DNA from: a virus
Lineage: Duplodnaviria > Caudoviricetes
Length of the DNA stretch: 64,000 nucleotides
Reading direction: 5' to 3' (one strand)
Virus record (IMG/VR): IMGVR_UViG_3300021400_000347
Location: 1 to 64,000 of that record
Below, one piece after another: positions 50,887 through 63,681 of this stretch. Positions within the stretch are counted from its first letter, which is position 1. The number at the start of each line of letters is the position of its first letter. Position numbers and translations under genes: made by a program. The notes below the pieces were generated by a model. That model made no database searches. It was not told the DNA's origin and saw only the letters and a list, made by a program, of their open reading frames with translations.

Positions 50887-52809
50887 ATGGATATTAGAGT
50901 CAGATTAAATAAGAACTTCCAGACTGCGTATAACCGTATGAGCGAGAAGTACGGAGAAGAAATGGCCTATTTAAATGGCTTTGGAGACAAGCAGTTATCA
51001 TATACAGATTTTATTGATAATTTTATTGATAAAGAAACTGTCGCTGATGCCTCCGTAGATGGTAATTCAAATGTTGGCAATAAAGATATGCGCACCCTAA
51101 TGAATGAAATGCCTAAGCCGCACCGTAAGCTACTCGCTTTTAATAAGATTTATTATGAGCTTAATAAAAAGTATGGATTTAAGGTAGCAAATGACTGGCT
51201 TGAAAAAGAGTGGACGAAGGCATTATACATGCATGATGCTGACACCAGCACATACATCCATTATTGTTTTGCGTATGATTTGAAGGATGTCGCAGAAAAG
51301 GGATTATTTTTCCTAAACAACTTCAATGCTGAGCCGCCACGTCATTTGAGCACTTTTGTAGATTTCGTTAAGGAGTTTATTAGCTTTGCGGCAAATCGCT
51401 CTTCCGGCGCAGTTGGTCTACCAAATATTATTCCTTATATGTATTATTTCTGGAAAAAAGATTGCGAAACTGGATATGCTACAAAGTCTCCCGAGTATTA
51501 TGCGCGCCAGCAGATTCAGCGCTTCGTATATGCTGTAAATCAGCCGTATGTAAGGGATGGAATGTAGAGCGCATTTACAAACTGTTCTGTTTTTGATATG
51601 GCTTATCTTGAGGCGCTGTTTGGTGGGAGCATATTCCCAGATGGCTCATTTATGATTGATGAGCTACAAGGTATCCAAGATTTCCAAAAGGTTTTCATGG
51701 AAACTATCGCGGAAATTAGACAGCATAATATGTTTACCTTCCCGGTTCTGACGATTAGCCTTCTACGTAAAGATGGTAAGTTCGCGGACGAAGCCTTCGC
51801 GCGCTGGGGAGTAGAGCATAATAGAAAGTGGAGTGACAGTAATCTATTCATTGATGACAGTGTTAATTCATTAAGCAATTGCTGCCGCCTAAAGAGTAAT
51901 ATCCAAGACCTAGGTTATTTCAATTCCATTGGAGGAACCGCACTAAAGGTCGGCTCCGTAAAGGTCTCTACTGTAAACCTAGCCCGCCTAGCACTAGAAC
52001 ATCCCGGTGATGAAGAGGGCTATCTCGCTGCGCTTGAGGAGCTAGTAGAGCTTGATTGTAAGGCGCTAGATTGTGTAAGAAATATTATTGTTCGCAATGT
52101 AGAAAAGGGACTACTTCCCAATTTCTCAAAGGGCATTGTAGATTTTGATCATTTATATAATACTGTCGGTATTATTGGTATTTATGAGACAATGAAGACT
52201 TTCCACTATACCACAGAAGATGAGTTCGGTAATGTTTTTTATACCAAAAAGGCTGATGAGTTTGGTAAGCGCATTTTTGAAGTGCTACATAGAACAAAGG
52301 ATGCTTTTGCCGCGGATAAAAATTATAAGATTAATGTAGAGCAAATCCCCGGCGAATCCGCGGCCGCAAAACTACAAATCGCGGACGAGTTCTTCTTCCC
52401 AGAGACAGTAGTAAAAGATTTGCCACTATATGGTAATCAATTTATTCCTCTTGGAATTAAGACGACAATGGTTGAGCGCATTCGTATTGCTTCCCTATTC
52501 GATAGCTATTGTAATGGCGGCAGCATCGCTCATTTGAATATTGACGCCCCGTTTGACAGCTTTGAGAAAGCCTGGGACGCAGTTAATTATATTGCTGATC
52601 AAGGGCTAACTTACTTCGCCTTTAATACAAAGATTCAGGCCTGCGCGAAAAACCACGCATTTTATGGTACGAAGTGCCCAGTTTGCGGCGGAGATGTTGC
52701 GACAGAATACACACGCATTGTAGGTTTCTATACTCCAATTAAGTCATGGTCAAAAGAAAGAAAAGCAGAGTTTACATTACGTCAATGGGAGCATTTAAAT
52801 GAAACTTAA
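50887..52809 (+). CDS. nrdD: Anaerobic ribonucleoside-triphosphate reductase (TAG=Gln at 51565)
   Basis: RDGM*SAFTN, TFPVLT, SNCCRL, EQIPGESAA, CPVCG, RIVGF glycyl-radical motif. Confidence 0.92.
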
Positions 52810-53278
52810 AGGCATTATAGACTATGACTGTACTAATTATAAAAAGCCGTGCTTAACACTTGAATTTCCACACTGCTCATTTAAGTGCGATGAACTAAAT
52901 GGTATTCAATGCTGCCAGAATGGACAGCTCGCGCGCGAACCTGATATTGAAGTTTCATTTGAATCTATTTGGAAACTATATCAATCGAATCCGCTAACAA
53001 AGGCGTTCTGCTGCCAAGGTCTAGAGCCATTTGACAGTTTAAATGATTTGTGGGAATTAATTGATTATATTCGTAATATGAAGCATTGTACAGATGAATT
53101 TATTATTTATACTGGCTATAATAGAGATGAATGCTCATACGCATTAGAGCTATTGAATGGCTATCCTAATATAGCAATTAAATGGGGACGTTATTTAATA
53201 AATAATGCCCCCCACTATGATGATACGTTAGGTATATACCTAGCTAGTGATAATCAGTATGCTGAATGGGTGAGTTAA
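52799..53278 (+). CDS. nrdG: Anaerobic RNR activating protein
   Basis: CSFKC..CC, GLEP, YTGY, ASDNQ. Confidence 0.85.
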   Translation: MKLKGIIDYDCTNYKKPCLTLEFPHCSFKCDELNGIQCCQNGQLAREPDIEVSFESIWKLYQSNPLTKAFCCQGLEPFDSLNDLWELIDYIRNMKHCTDEFIIYTGYNRDECSYALELLNGYPNIAIKWGRYLINNAPHYDDTLGIYLASDNQYAEWVS

Positions 53279-53362
53279 TCTCACCCACTTTTCTTTTTAG
53301 ATATTTGACTTTTCTCTCAAAATATGTTATAATAAATTATAAACAGAGAGAGGTAGATAAGT

Positions 53363-54316
53363 ATGTGGTATATCATTGTTGGTATTTGTATCGGCGTTAT
53401 TATTTTACTTAGTATCAAATTAGCGCAAAAGTAGAAATTAGATTATAGTGAGTTAAATAAACTTACTCAATAGCTTGAATTTGCGCGCGATAGTCTAGTC
53501 AGCACTGAACAAAGACGATTGCGCGCATAGGTTGAGTTAAATAACGCGCAAGACTAGTATCATGCTTTAATCTAGAATAAGACAGAAGAACTTAAACGAA
53601 ACTTTGAATAGCAATCTAATGAATAGCAAGCTAGACTGAAAGAGCTTTGGGAAACCAAGAAAAATAATTTAGAATTAAAATTAGCCACGTTAGAGCAAAG
53701 TTATACCGAGCAGGAATTAAAAATAAAAAATGATTTTGAAGCTTAGGAAAGCGCTTTAACCGCGGCGCTAGTAGACTTAAACTCTAAAGTAAATTATGAA
53801 ACGGAGCGCTATAATGGGATATTAGAGCCTTTAAAAATACTAGAAAAAGAACGCCAAGATAAGCTATTCTATACGATTTAGATTCCACTTGAATATCACG
53901 ATGATATTGATTTCTTACTTACTACTGTCGCCGCAAAAGTACAACATCCAGATATAATTAGTAAATTAATTTGGGCAGAATATATTAAGCCCAATTTGGA
54001 TGAAACCTTTAAACGTGTTGGGATAGAAGCAAAATCTGGTATATATAAATTAACAAATATAGATAGCGGAAAAGCCTACATAGGAAAAAGTACAGATATA
54101 AAGAAACGTATTGCTGACCACTTCAAGTCCACAGTTGGAATTAAATCTATTGCTGATTAGTATGTACATCATGAAATATTAAAAACTGGTTTATGGAATT
54201 GGAGTATTGAATATATAACCTATTGTGATAAAGAAGAGTTAAGTGATTTAGAAAAGTATTATATCAACTTCTTCAAAACGCAAGAATTTGGTTATAATCG
54301 TAAGGAGGGCGGCTAA
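53363..54316 (+). CDS. Membrane-anchored coiled-coil protein with C-terminal GIY-YIG nuclease (ten TAG=Gln)
   Basis: Promoter 53305-53333; N-terminal TM; SGIYKLTN..AYIGKS..R..H, E..YI, GYN; missing from ORF track. Confidence 0.82.
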
Positions 54317-54573
54317 TGGATAACGACCAATTACTAATTGATGAGTTAACCGATGAGTTAACCTCGGAAATTAATAACAGGACGGCGCATTCACTTAATC
54401 GCGCGCAGCGCCGCGCATTAATGAAAAAGACTTCCAAGAAGAATCGGCAGTCTGCTGATTTAATTAATGAAACCACAAAGAAACTATCATATATCAATTT
54501 AATTCAAAAACTAAGACAACTAAACAAAGAAAAGGAGAATGATAACGATGAAGATTCTACTAAAGACAACTGA
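54316..54573 (+). CDS. Hypothetical protein
   Basis: NRAQRRA; coupled start. Confidence 0.65.
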   Translation: MDNDQLLIDELTDELTSEINNRTAHSLNRAQRRALMKKTSKKNRQSADLINETTKKLSYINLIQKLRQLNKEKENDNDEDSTKDN

Positions 54574-54754
54574 TGTATACCGTGTTAATGACGAAGACGA
54601 GGCCGTGCGCCTGATTGAGGACTTTAAGAGCCGCCAGAACAGTGAAGCCTATTCTCTAACCAAGTCTGGTTATGTGCTTAAGAACAAGAAGCAAAAGGGC
54701 GAGATTATTGATGAGTGGGCTGTTGTGACACTAGAGCGCACTTTTAATGAATGA
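54548..54754 (+). CDS. Hypothetical protein
   Basis: RBS aaggag. Confidence 0.65.
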   Translation: MKILLKTTDVYRVNDEDEAVRLIEDFKSRQNSEAYSLTKSGYVLKNKKQKGEIIDEWAVVTLERTFNE

Positions 54755-54765
54755 GGTGAATAAAT

Positions 54766-55572
54766 ATGTCTGAACTATTTACAGCAGATGTAATTGACAA
54801 TAATCCAGATTTGGCTCAATTTGTTGGGCTGTTTGACGATATTATGAAGCTACCAGACGAGTCTTTAAATAGCACTACGTTTGATATGTATAAGAATGTT
54901 GTAGCCGCTATCCTAACTCCTGAGACTCGCAAGCAGAGTATCAATGATACAATTGAGAAGTGCCGCGCTGAAGGCATCTCTCGTCCGGCCTTCGCCCACA
55001 TCGTTGAGCAGACCAAGACTAGCCTCGCAGACTATATTAACGGCCTGAAGCCATCCGCCGCGAAGCGCGAGATGCTAGAGCTAGTTGCTCGAACCGTAAC
55101 TGATATGTTTGATGAAGCATATGAGCAGTACAACGCCGAAGATTTCAAGCTCGCTATGCGGCTAGACCCAGGCGCACACGAGCCCACTTACGCGCACTCC
55201 ACTGATGCGGCCGCGGATCTATATGCTCTCGAAGATATGGTACTTCCGGCCCATTCCCTAAGCAATAAGGTACGGACTGGCGTATATATTGCGCTCCCAG
55301 ATCGTTGGATGGCACTAATCCTCCCTCGTTCCAGTATTGGCGCGAAGACAGGGCTACGGCTAAGCAATAGTGTTGGAGTTATTGATAGCGAGTATCGCGG
55401 TGAGATTGGTGTACTTTATGACAACATTTCCGATTCTGATTATACTATTCATGCCGGTGATCGCATCGCGCAGATGCTAATCATGCCGGCGCATAGCTTT
55501 GCTGCTAATGTTGTTGATATCCTTCCTGCTAGCGACCGAGGGGAAGGAGGATTTGGCAGCACGGGTAAGTAA
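54766..55572 (+). CDS. dut: Trimeric dUTPase with ~125-aa N-terminal extension
   Basis: AAADL, PRSS, GVIDSEYRGE, GDRIAQ, RGEGGFGSTG. Confidence 0.9.
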   Translation: MSELFTADVIDNNPDLAQFVGLFDDIMKLPDESLNSTTFDMYKNVVAAILTPETRKQSINDTIEKCRAEGISRPAFAHIVEQTKTSLADYINGLKPSAAKREMLELVARTVTDMFDEAYEQYNAEDFKLAMRLDPGAHEPTYAHSTDAAADLYALEDMVLPAHSLSNKVRTGVYIALPDRWMALILPRSSIGAKTGLRLSNSVGVIDSEYRGEIGVLYDNISDSDYTIHAGDRIAQMLIMPAHSFAANVVDILPASDRGEGGFGSTGK

Positions 55573-56318
55573 TGCCAATTAATATTTATACTGTCACTAA
55601 TCATCTAGAAGATAATGGTTGGAAACTGATTAGTGACAGTTATAAAAACTTAAATACAGAATTAGAAATGATGTGCCCGAAAGGACATAGATAGTTCCAA
55701 ACCTATGGCAATTGGCGCAAACATATGATTTGCGAGCAATGTATGGGCGGTAATGGAAAAAAAGTTAAAAAAAATAATGTGCCAATCAAACCGATTGACA
55801 CGTAGAGGATTTTAGCACTTGACGCGGCTACAGGCATAACAGGGTATGCTGTGTATGATAATCATGAGTTGGTCGCTTATGGAACATTTAAAACAGATAA
55901 TATGTTAGAAGCACCAGCCCGTATAAATTAGGTAAAAAAGTGGTTAGAGGATGCTATAAAGAATTGGGAGCCAGATTTCGTAGGAGTAGAGAATATTTAG
56001 CTCTAGAAATATGGTGCGGCCGCAAGTCAGGTCCAGGCCAAGACATTTTAGACTTTAGCCAACTTACAAGGAGTAATAATTGATACACTATTTGAGCAAT
56101 GTATTGATTATGATTTAGTCTACTCAAGCGAATGGCGCAAGTACTGCGGCATTAGCGAGGGAGATGCGCATAGAGAGAATAAGAAAAAGGCCGCGCAAGA
56201 TAAGGTTAAACTATGGTATAATTAGGATTGTACACAAGATGAAGCTGACGCAATTTGTATAGGAAAATATTTTTGTGGAAAATTAAAAAGAACTTGGGGT
56301 GAAAGTATTTATGATTGA
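55572..56318 (+). CDS. RuvC-like resolvase with N-terminal Zn ribbon (seven TAG=Gln)
   Basis: CPKGH..CEQC; ILALDAATGITGY, VENI*L*, DEADAICIG; missing from ORF track. Confidence 0.85.
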
Positions 56319-56694
56319 ACTAACAGTACAGGAAATGATTGATAGTATCCCAACTTTGCGGGAACTAAGTAATAAGCAGCTTAAGAGTAAGGTTGCTTAT
56401 CGTGTAGCCAGACTTCTGCGTGAAGTACAGGCCGAGAGTGAAACATTTGAAACCGCGCGCGTGAACCTAATTAAGCTATATGGTGCGAAGGATGAGAATG
56501 GCAATCTTAAGACCGATGAAAATGGTAATACTTATATTGAGCAAGATAAGATTGCTGAGTTTAATAGTGAGCTAACTGATTTGCTCACTAATAAGATCAC
56601 TATTAATGGTGATAAGCTAAATATTGATGATTTAGGTGATGAAACTTTTACTCCTCAGCAGATGCTAAGCTTTAGTGCGTTCCTTGATGAGTAA
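56311..56694 (+). CDS. Hypothetical protein (DUF1617-like)
   Basis: AYRVAR..LIKLYGAKDENG. Confidence 0.6.
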   Translation: MIELTVQEMIDSIPTLRELSNKQLKSKVAYRVARLLREVQAESETFETARVNLIKLYGAKDENGNLKTDENGNTYIEQDKIAEFNSELTDLLTNKITINGDKLNIDDLGDETFTPQQMLSFSAFLDE

Positions 56695-56738
56695 AAAAAT
56701 AAGTGCCCCTCCCGTAATGGGAGGGGCTTATTTTTTTA
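56693..56738. terminator. Bidirectional terminator between convergent arms
   Basis: A-tract, gcccctccc-gtaat-gggaggggc, T-tract. Confidence 0.85.
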
Positions 56739-59700
56739 TGGATAATAGTAAACTGTACAAGGCACACGAGATGTGGTTGTATCATTAGTACAAATTAATC
56801 TTATATTACTAATTGAAAAGTTTCGACTGGTAACAGTACCGCCGTTAATGGAAACGGACGCGGAAATATAATAATATATATCTGTATCTTCTTTACATAA
56901 ATTATATGTTTCTGGTTCCTATAGTTTTACAGTGCAAATACTGCCAGTGCCATCACCGACTGCTCCAGAGTAACCAACTGAGTTAATTGGATTTGCTGTA
57001 TAAGCGCTATTAGAAAACTATAATCTAACAGGAGCCGATGAATAATTATTACTGTTCATGGCAGTATTTGATAAATAAATTGTAAAATTATCAATAGAAA
57101 CAGAACCGCCGCTGTTCTATTCTCGAGTCGGTCCTTTAAACGTAAGCGCCATCTAATATTGATAAAAAGAAGCGCCATCCCCAAAAGATGTAGTATTACC
57201 GCCCGCCTATGTTAAATGACCAGTTAAACTAATTGAATAAGAATTGCTGGTTCCAGTTCCGCTTAAATTTGAACAATTATAAGTAATTGAAGAATCATAG
57301 AAAGGTCTAATTAAGACCCAATCATGCTAACCGTTCATTTCCCCTTCGATGCCCTCTACACTGCTTCTCCATGCATCAGCCCCGTCGGCATTGGGGTTCA
57401 TAATAATAATATCCCCTCTACTCCAAACATCTTCACCGTTAATCTAAATCGCGGCGGAATTAACCTATAATCCATTTTGACCCATAATAATAGAAACATC
57501 GTTATCATTAGTGTCGCGAGTATTTAAACTAATGCCATTAGAATTCATATGAATATAATTATCATTACTATAATCAAAATTAATACAAGTCTAATTAATT
57601 GTAACCGCGGCTTCATTTCCATTCTTAGCAATAATTATACCTGTATCGTAATTTGTATTTGCGCCGATTAATAAATTATCAGTAGAAGTAATAGCAACTT
57701 TATATGTATTTCCATTCCATTGATAATTAGAACTTATTCCATCAATCGTAAAATTGTCAGGAATTGTAGGAGCATCACTAATATTACTATAAGGAATTTT
57801 TACCCCTTGTGCTAACTAAAAACTGGTAGCAGTAATTGCTCCTTCAATAATCGCATCAGTAGCTCTTAATTGTCCCGATTTAGTTACACTAAAATGCGCG
57901 TATGTTGTAACACCATTTTCAGTCTTTTCTGGAGATTCATCCCCAGCCCATAACGCATAAGCATTGGTACTGTCACTATTTAAACCAACATAGCTTGTAT
58001 TAGCACCAGAGTGTAATGAATTAGTATCTATAGTCCATCCGCCTATAGCGCCACTAGTAGCTGTTATTGCGCCAGTGATATTTAAATCACCAGTATCAGG
58101 ATCGGCATAAAACACTTCTTGCCCAGCATAATTTCTTAATTTAAACCCATCCCAACTAATTTCTACTCTATCAACATCTTGATTTGTAGTCACTAAACTG
58201 CCTTCAATATGCGTTCCCTCGCCATTTTCATTAGCGACTTCTTGTTCATTTATTCCAACTATTGCGCCGCTTAACGCACGCAAAAATAATCCTTCACTAT
58301 TATGAACAACATATTGTTTACTATCATACCCGGCATTATTAATAGTATCATTTAATTGTGTTGATAAGCTTTCTCTATTCTTAATAACAGGAGTTTCTTG
58401 ATCATCCTCTGTCCTATTAAGCTAATTGCTAATAGTCTAGCTGTTAGTTTTATATGCGAATAAACCATCAGCGTTTAATTGAAATCTTAAGGTGTCTCCA
58501 GCATATACCCTAATTCTATTAGTATCTAACTACCCAGTAGTAATCAAATCCGCATTAATTCCAGCTGGTGTAATACCTGTATTCCAAATCCAATTATCAT
58601 TTTCATCTTTACGAGTAGCAGTAAATATACCGCCGCCGCGCATAGCAACTACACCGCTATCACTTGTAGCCCAAATGCCATTTGCGTTATCAATCGTCAA
58701 AGTGCCTTGATTAAATTGATAATCTAAATTAGCATGACGCATTGTATTAGCAATAGTATCTTCATTAATATTTCCATCCGCGGTAAAAGCCGCCGCGGCC
58801 AGACCTATTGTTGCTGAGTTCTTCTACATCTATTGCGTCTGCGCGACAATAGTAGAGAAGAGATCCTCAAATTTATTTTTGTAATTCTTTATTTTAACAG
58901 AATCTTCCCAAGGCTTGTCTAAAGAAAGTTCTAGCTCCGAGACATAACCTAAAACATTTCTAAATTGAAGTTCATAGTCATTAATGCTGGCGATATGCCC
59001 TAGTAAATTATATGCTTCTTCAATTAGCTATTTGTTAATTACATTTAAAGACACTTCATATTCTACCTTTGGATATGCGTTCTATTTTGCGATTTCTAAC
59101 GCATCTAAATAAATGGAAGTGGTTGCGTTAGAAATAGAATAGCTTAATTCTACAGGAATATCATTATTATACCAATTTGTAATAAATGATCTAATATATG
59201 GAGAAATGAAATAAGCATCATAAACTTCATTCTAGGTAGTTACATGCTATGAAAGTACGCTATAATCGACGAACTCTGCGAGCATTCTATCGGCATAGCG
59301 CAGGAGTAGTTCATCGGAAGAGGTCTTTAAATACATATTCGCTATTTGAATATGAGGATAATAAAGATCATTGTCAGCGCTACATTGACCAAAAGAAAAT
59401 ACCTAATTAGAATCAATAAAAGATAGTTCATCATTATCATTAAACTTGATTATACCGATTTTTGGATCAGAATGTTGAATATGCTCTGCTTCAGGAGTAG
59501 TATAAACACAACTTACCTCCCCGTTTGTAGCAGTAATTGTTTGCTTACTTACTCCGGCAGTAATATTAAAATAATAATATTCTAATCCTTTGTCTGTGAT
59601 AATTTCCTATGTATTGCCCTATACGTCAGTATAGGTAATCGTCATAGCAGGCCACTCGTTCTCAACTTGCTAATTATTTTTCACAGCCACACCGATAGTT

Positions 59701-62084
59701 GTGCCCTATTTCGCATTAACTACAGACGTATTAGTACAATTTTCCCAATTAATTTGGCCAGAAGTTGTAATGGCGTCAAATGTTGCATCATCAATACTAT
59801 CTTCCTAAGTGCCAGTCAATAATAGCACAGGAATATACTTATCGCCCTCTTTAACGATAGCATACTACATCCTTGAGCCAATAGTATATACTTTTCTAAA
59901 AGCTAAAGTGTGATGTGCTGGATCAGTGTCGCGGCTATCATAGAAAATAAAACTAAATTGATCTTTACCAGTTGTATTAATCCAACTCATCAGTTCTTGG
60001 CTGATTCTAATATAATAATAATATTGACGTTCCTAACTAACGCCAATCTCATAATATGCCTTCTATTCGCCAAACTCGTCCTGCGGCGGCTACCAGATAA
60101 CCGTGGGCTAAGCATATTTGCTTAATTTGCCGTTTATTTTCTTTAAGTCCTTGGTCACCGCATTTTTGTCACCATAGTCCTTATAATCATCTTCTGGCTG
60201 CCAATATCCTTCACGGATGGCCGCGCCCATAATGCGCTCAAATTCAGCAATTCGCGCGCGCTTCTTCTCGAGAGCAGTTGAAAGGTTAGGCAAAACGTTA
60301 TTGTTTAAAGTATTATTTAAATTCTCAACTTGTTCATCTGCCTTCTCCTTTTCATCCTCATCCTTATTTAATTTCTATTGCCACATTTTTTTAACAGCTT
60401 CATAATATAGCTGTGGCGCATAGGTATAGACGGCATAGAAGAATGCTGATGAATTGATTGTTTCATCGCTCTCTTCGGTTAATGTCTTTGTTAGCACGAT
60501 ATTCTCAATGCGAGTTAAGTAACCAAATTCATCTGTAATAATTTTAGCATTTTCTAAGCTAATTTTCGTGTCTGGATTAACTTTATTAGTGCTAAAATTT
60601 TTCTTCTCATATAACTTAATACTACCAGCTAAGATACCTTTTTCGGTTAGTTCAACGTAGTAAGTATATTTATATAAATTAGGCCCATCCTCTTGTTCGA
60701 TTTTTTCCATATCCTAACTTGGAATAGCTGTTACCGGTTTAGAAATCTCTAACTGTGCTAAATCAATAACGCCAGTATTGTTAGTGATTTGATTCAACAA
60801 ATCATCCGCGGCAGAAAGCTACTCTTTATCACCTTTAATAGAGTTTTCTAGAATCGTCTAGCGCGCAAGCAGGCCATTTGTGGTATTATTAAGTAAATAC
60901 TCAATGTTACGCTACTCAGCCTGTAGCGTAGAAATCTCATTATTTAATTTCTTAATATCAACTTCAAATTGCTTAAGCTCTTCTTCCTAGTCAGGAGTAA
61001 TACAACCGATAGTTTTTAGATAATCGAAATTAAGAATATAATCCTCACCGAGCTTATTTGCTTCGGTATTCATAATCGTAAGAGCTTCTCCGCTATCGTT
61101 TCCACCACCACCAGGTTCTAGAACGAATAGCTTTGTGGCTACATCATTAGCATCACTGGTACGGGTTACCTCGGACGTATCATATGGATAATTTATATCA
61201 AATGTGCCTTCGCCCTCCATAAGATACTCATCATAATATATAACTTTTTTCCCAGTGATTTCAAAGGTCACAGGATTATGTTCATATTCATATCGGCAGA
61301 AGACACCAAAAGTTTTCGCAATGTTTTGCGTTAAATTATAAACATTACTATCTTTTTCATCAATTAAACGGCACTTTTCTTTACCGACTTCATAATTAGT
61401 AGAAACCAATTTATTATCCTGAACCGTCCAAGAAGATACGTAGTCATCTTCATAAACCTTATCCGCGGCTAAACCTTTACCCTGATTCATAGCGTGGGAC
61501 ATTCTTACTTCATATGTCCATTGCCATTTATTCTTCCCATCTAGTGTAAAAATCTTATCATTCCAATACTGAATATTGTTTATTGGCAAAGGTGGCCGTT
61601 CCTATGTCAGCTCATCAGGAACTGCTTCAAACGCCTCATTATATTCATTGTAATAGGCGTCTTTCTATAAAGCAATACGGTATCCAATTTTTCCTAATTC
61701 GTGGAAAGCTAATCCTTCACAATTAACTTCACATGTAAGCTAAAATCCGGAATGCTTCTCGCTCACTTTAGTAATAAGCATTTCATATATAACCGGTTTA
61801 TTACTGCCTTTCTTAAAGATAAGCTTAATCTTCCTTAGCGCGGCGACTAGGTTACCATTTATCTTGTTTACCCATAGTGGATTCTGTATTCTCCTTCCTT
61901 CGGCATTCATGTAATACATTGGTATAGAAAAGCTAAATTCTTCGGTTCCATCATCCTTAATGGAAAATTTAGGCTCCTATAATTGACCTTTTATCTCTAC
62001 ATCATAGGGCTTCAGGACAGATAGAAATCTGTCCTGAAGCGTCCATATAGAGACTTCATAATTTCTTACCATACGCTCATACAT
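56736..62084 (-). CDS. Large tail/baseplate (Tal/host-specificity-like) protein, ~1782 aa, TAG-rich
   Basis: RBS aggaggag; five track fragments share this frame; NIAKTFGVF, coiled coil, GINADLITTG, GAIGGWTI. Confidence 0.75.
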
Positions 62085-62108
62085 TATTCAGTCTCCTCCT
62101 TTAACTCA

Positions 62109-63674
62109 TTATAAGTATCTATTTCTGTATTCAATATTGAAATTATCTAATTCACAATCAGCAGTTACAGGCGTACACTCATTTTCTGTAACTACATTGT
62201 CGCTATTAAAATAATTTCTATCAGTCAAATATAGGTATTTATCATATACCATGTCTCCAACATTTTCTTCAACTACATATGGAGTCAATTCAATATTTGT
62301 TACGGTTTCCCCATTTTCCTCTGTTGTCTTTGTTTCATATTTATTAATAGTAAACTTACCAGTGGCTTCTCCAGTCGCGGAATTAAAAGTAAATTCACAC
62401 GGCTATATGCTCTCGCCAAATAACTTTTTCATTTCTGTAATAAAGCTATTAGTAAAACCATTTGAAATAACACCTGTGGAACGATCCACATTTTCACTAA
62501 CCTTATTTAATGCCTACAATGCCCACGCGCGCGAATAGTACTCGTGAACGTCATCCATAAGTTTTAGTCTAATATCATTGATATTATTTCCAGATGAGAA
62601 AGAAGATACAACTTTAATTGCTGTATTATAGCCAGTTAAAATGCCAGGCGTAGTAAACTTAAACTCCTATGTTCCAACATTAATTTTATTGTAGTTCGCA
62701 TATTCATTAGCATTCTGCGTATGTACTTCTTTATAAATATTATTAGATGGGAAATTAATATATCCTTCATCACTATATGTAGGAGTAAGTGAGAAAGATA
62801 GCTTCGTTGGTGCCTTCGCCGTCCCGGCATAAAAAATATAAGCAGTTGAATTATTACCAGTTGTGCTAATCTAAATTTTAGTAATGGCCAACCTATCACC
62901 AACGTGCGCCTAGCCAACAATCGGGGCACTTGAAGCAACACGCTCTCTACCACTCATAAAAGGCTTTGAGGTTAAATCAGCACTGATCATGCTCCTAGTA
63001 GGCACTCCATCCTCAAAAATAATCTTTAATATATCATCATCTTGAAGAGTAGAAACCCATTGATTATTTACGTTATAATGTGAATCAGGGAGAATATTTT
63101 CGCGCGAATACCAATATGGATCGTCCATTACAAATTTTAAATCAATTTCTCCGCGGTAAACTGTCGTAGATACCTAATAAGTTTTACTATTGCCCCCTAT
63201 ATTAATCGTTTTCTCGCTTACTTTCTAGAAGGGTAATAAATGGTACTAAGGAACCTCTGAAACACGCGCCATTATCGCGCGATTGGGGTGTTCTGCGAGA
63301 ACTAGTTCTTTTGGCGGCCCGGGAGTAAACATACGTTTAAACTTCTCTAACAATGCTTCTTCAATCTCATCTGTTGCTAAAGTTAATGATAAAGAATTAG
63401 TAGTATAATGCGTGCCCCAATAAAATTGGCCATCAATTACATTATATGTACTTGTGCTATCTTCAAAATTAGCATAGATGTTCCTATCCATCCTATCTCC
63501 GCTAACCACAGAAACAAAGTTAAAATCTTCAATATTTTCTCCACCATAGGTGAAGCTAATGAAAGAACGATGCATGAGAGGCAGACGATTGTCTGCCCCA
63601 TCATGCGTTGCCTAGTATACCTAAGTTCTTACCGGTTTATTACTCGGTTCTTCATTTCCAATTAAATTTGCCAT
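62109..63674 (-). CDS. Distal tail (Dit-like) protein, ~521 aa, TAG-rich
   Basis: SFTYGGE..DGQFYWGT..ELVLAEHP..MDDPYWYS..YRNRYL; between tape measure and Tal-like genes. Confidence 0.7.
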
Positions 63675-63681
63675 TACTCCT

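Noticed and set aside
40920-52809. Pseudogenes or split genes for helicase and nrdD
   Set aside because: Breaks are single in-frame TAGs with no frameshift; recoding explains them
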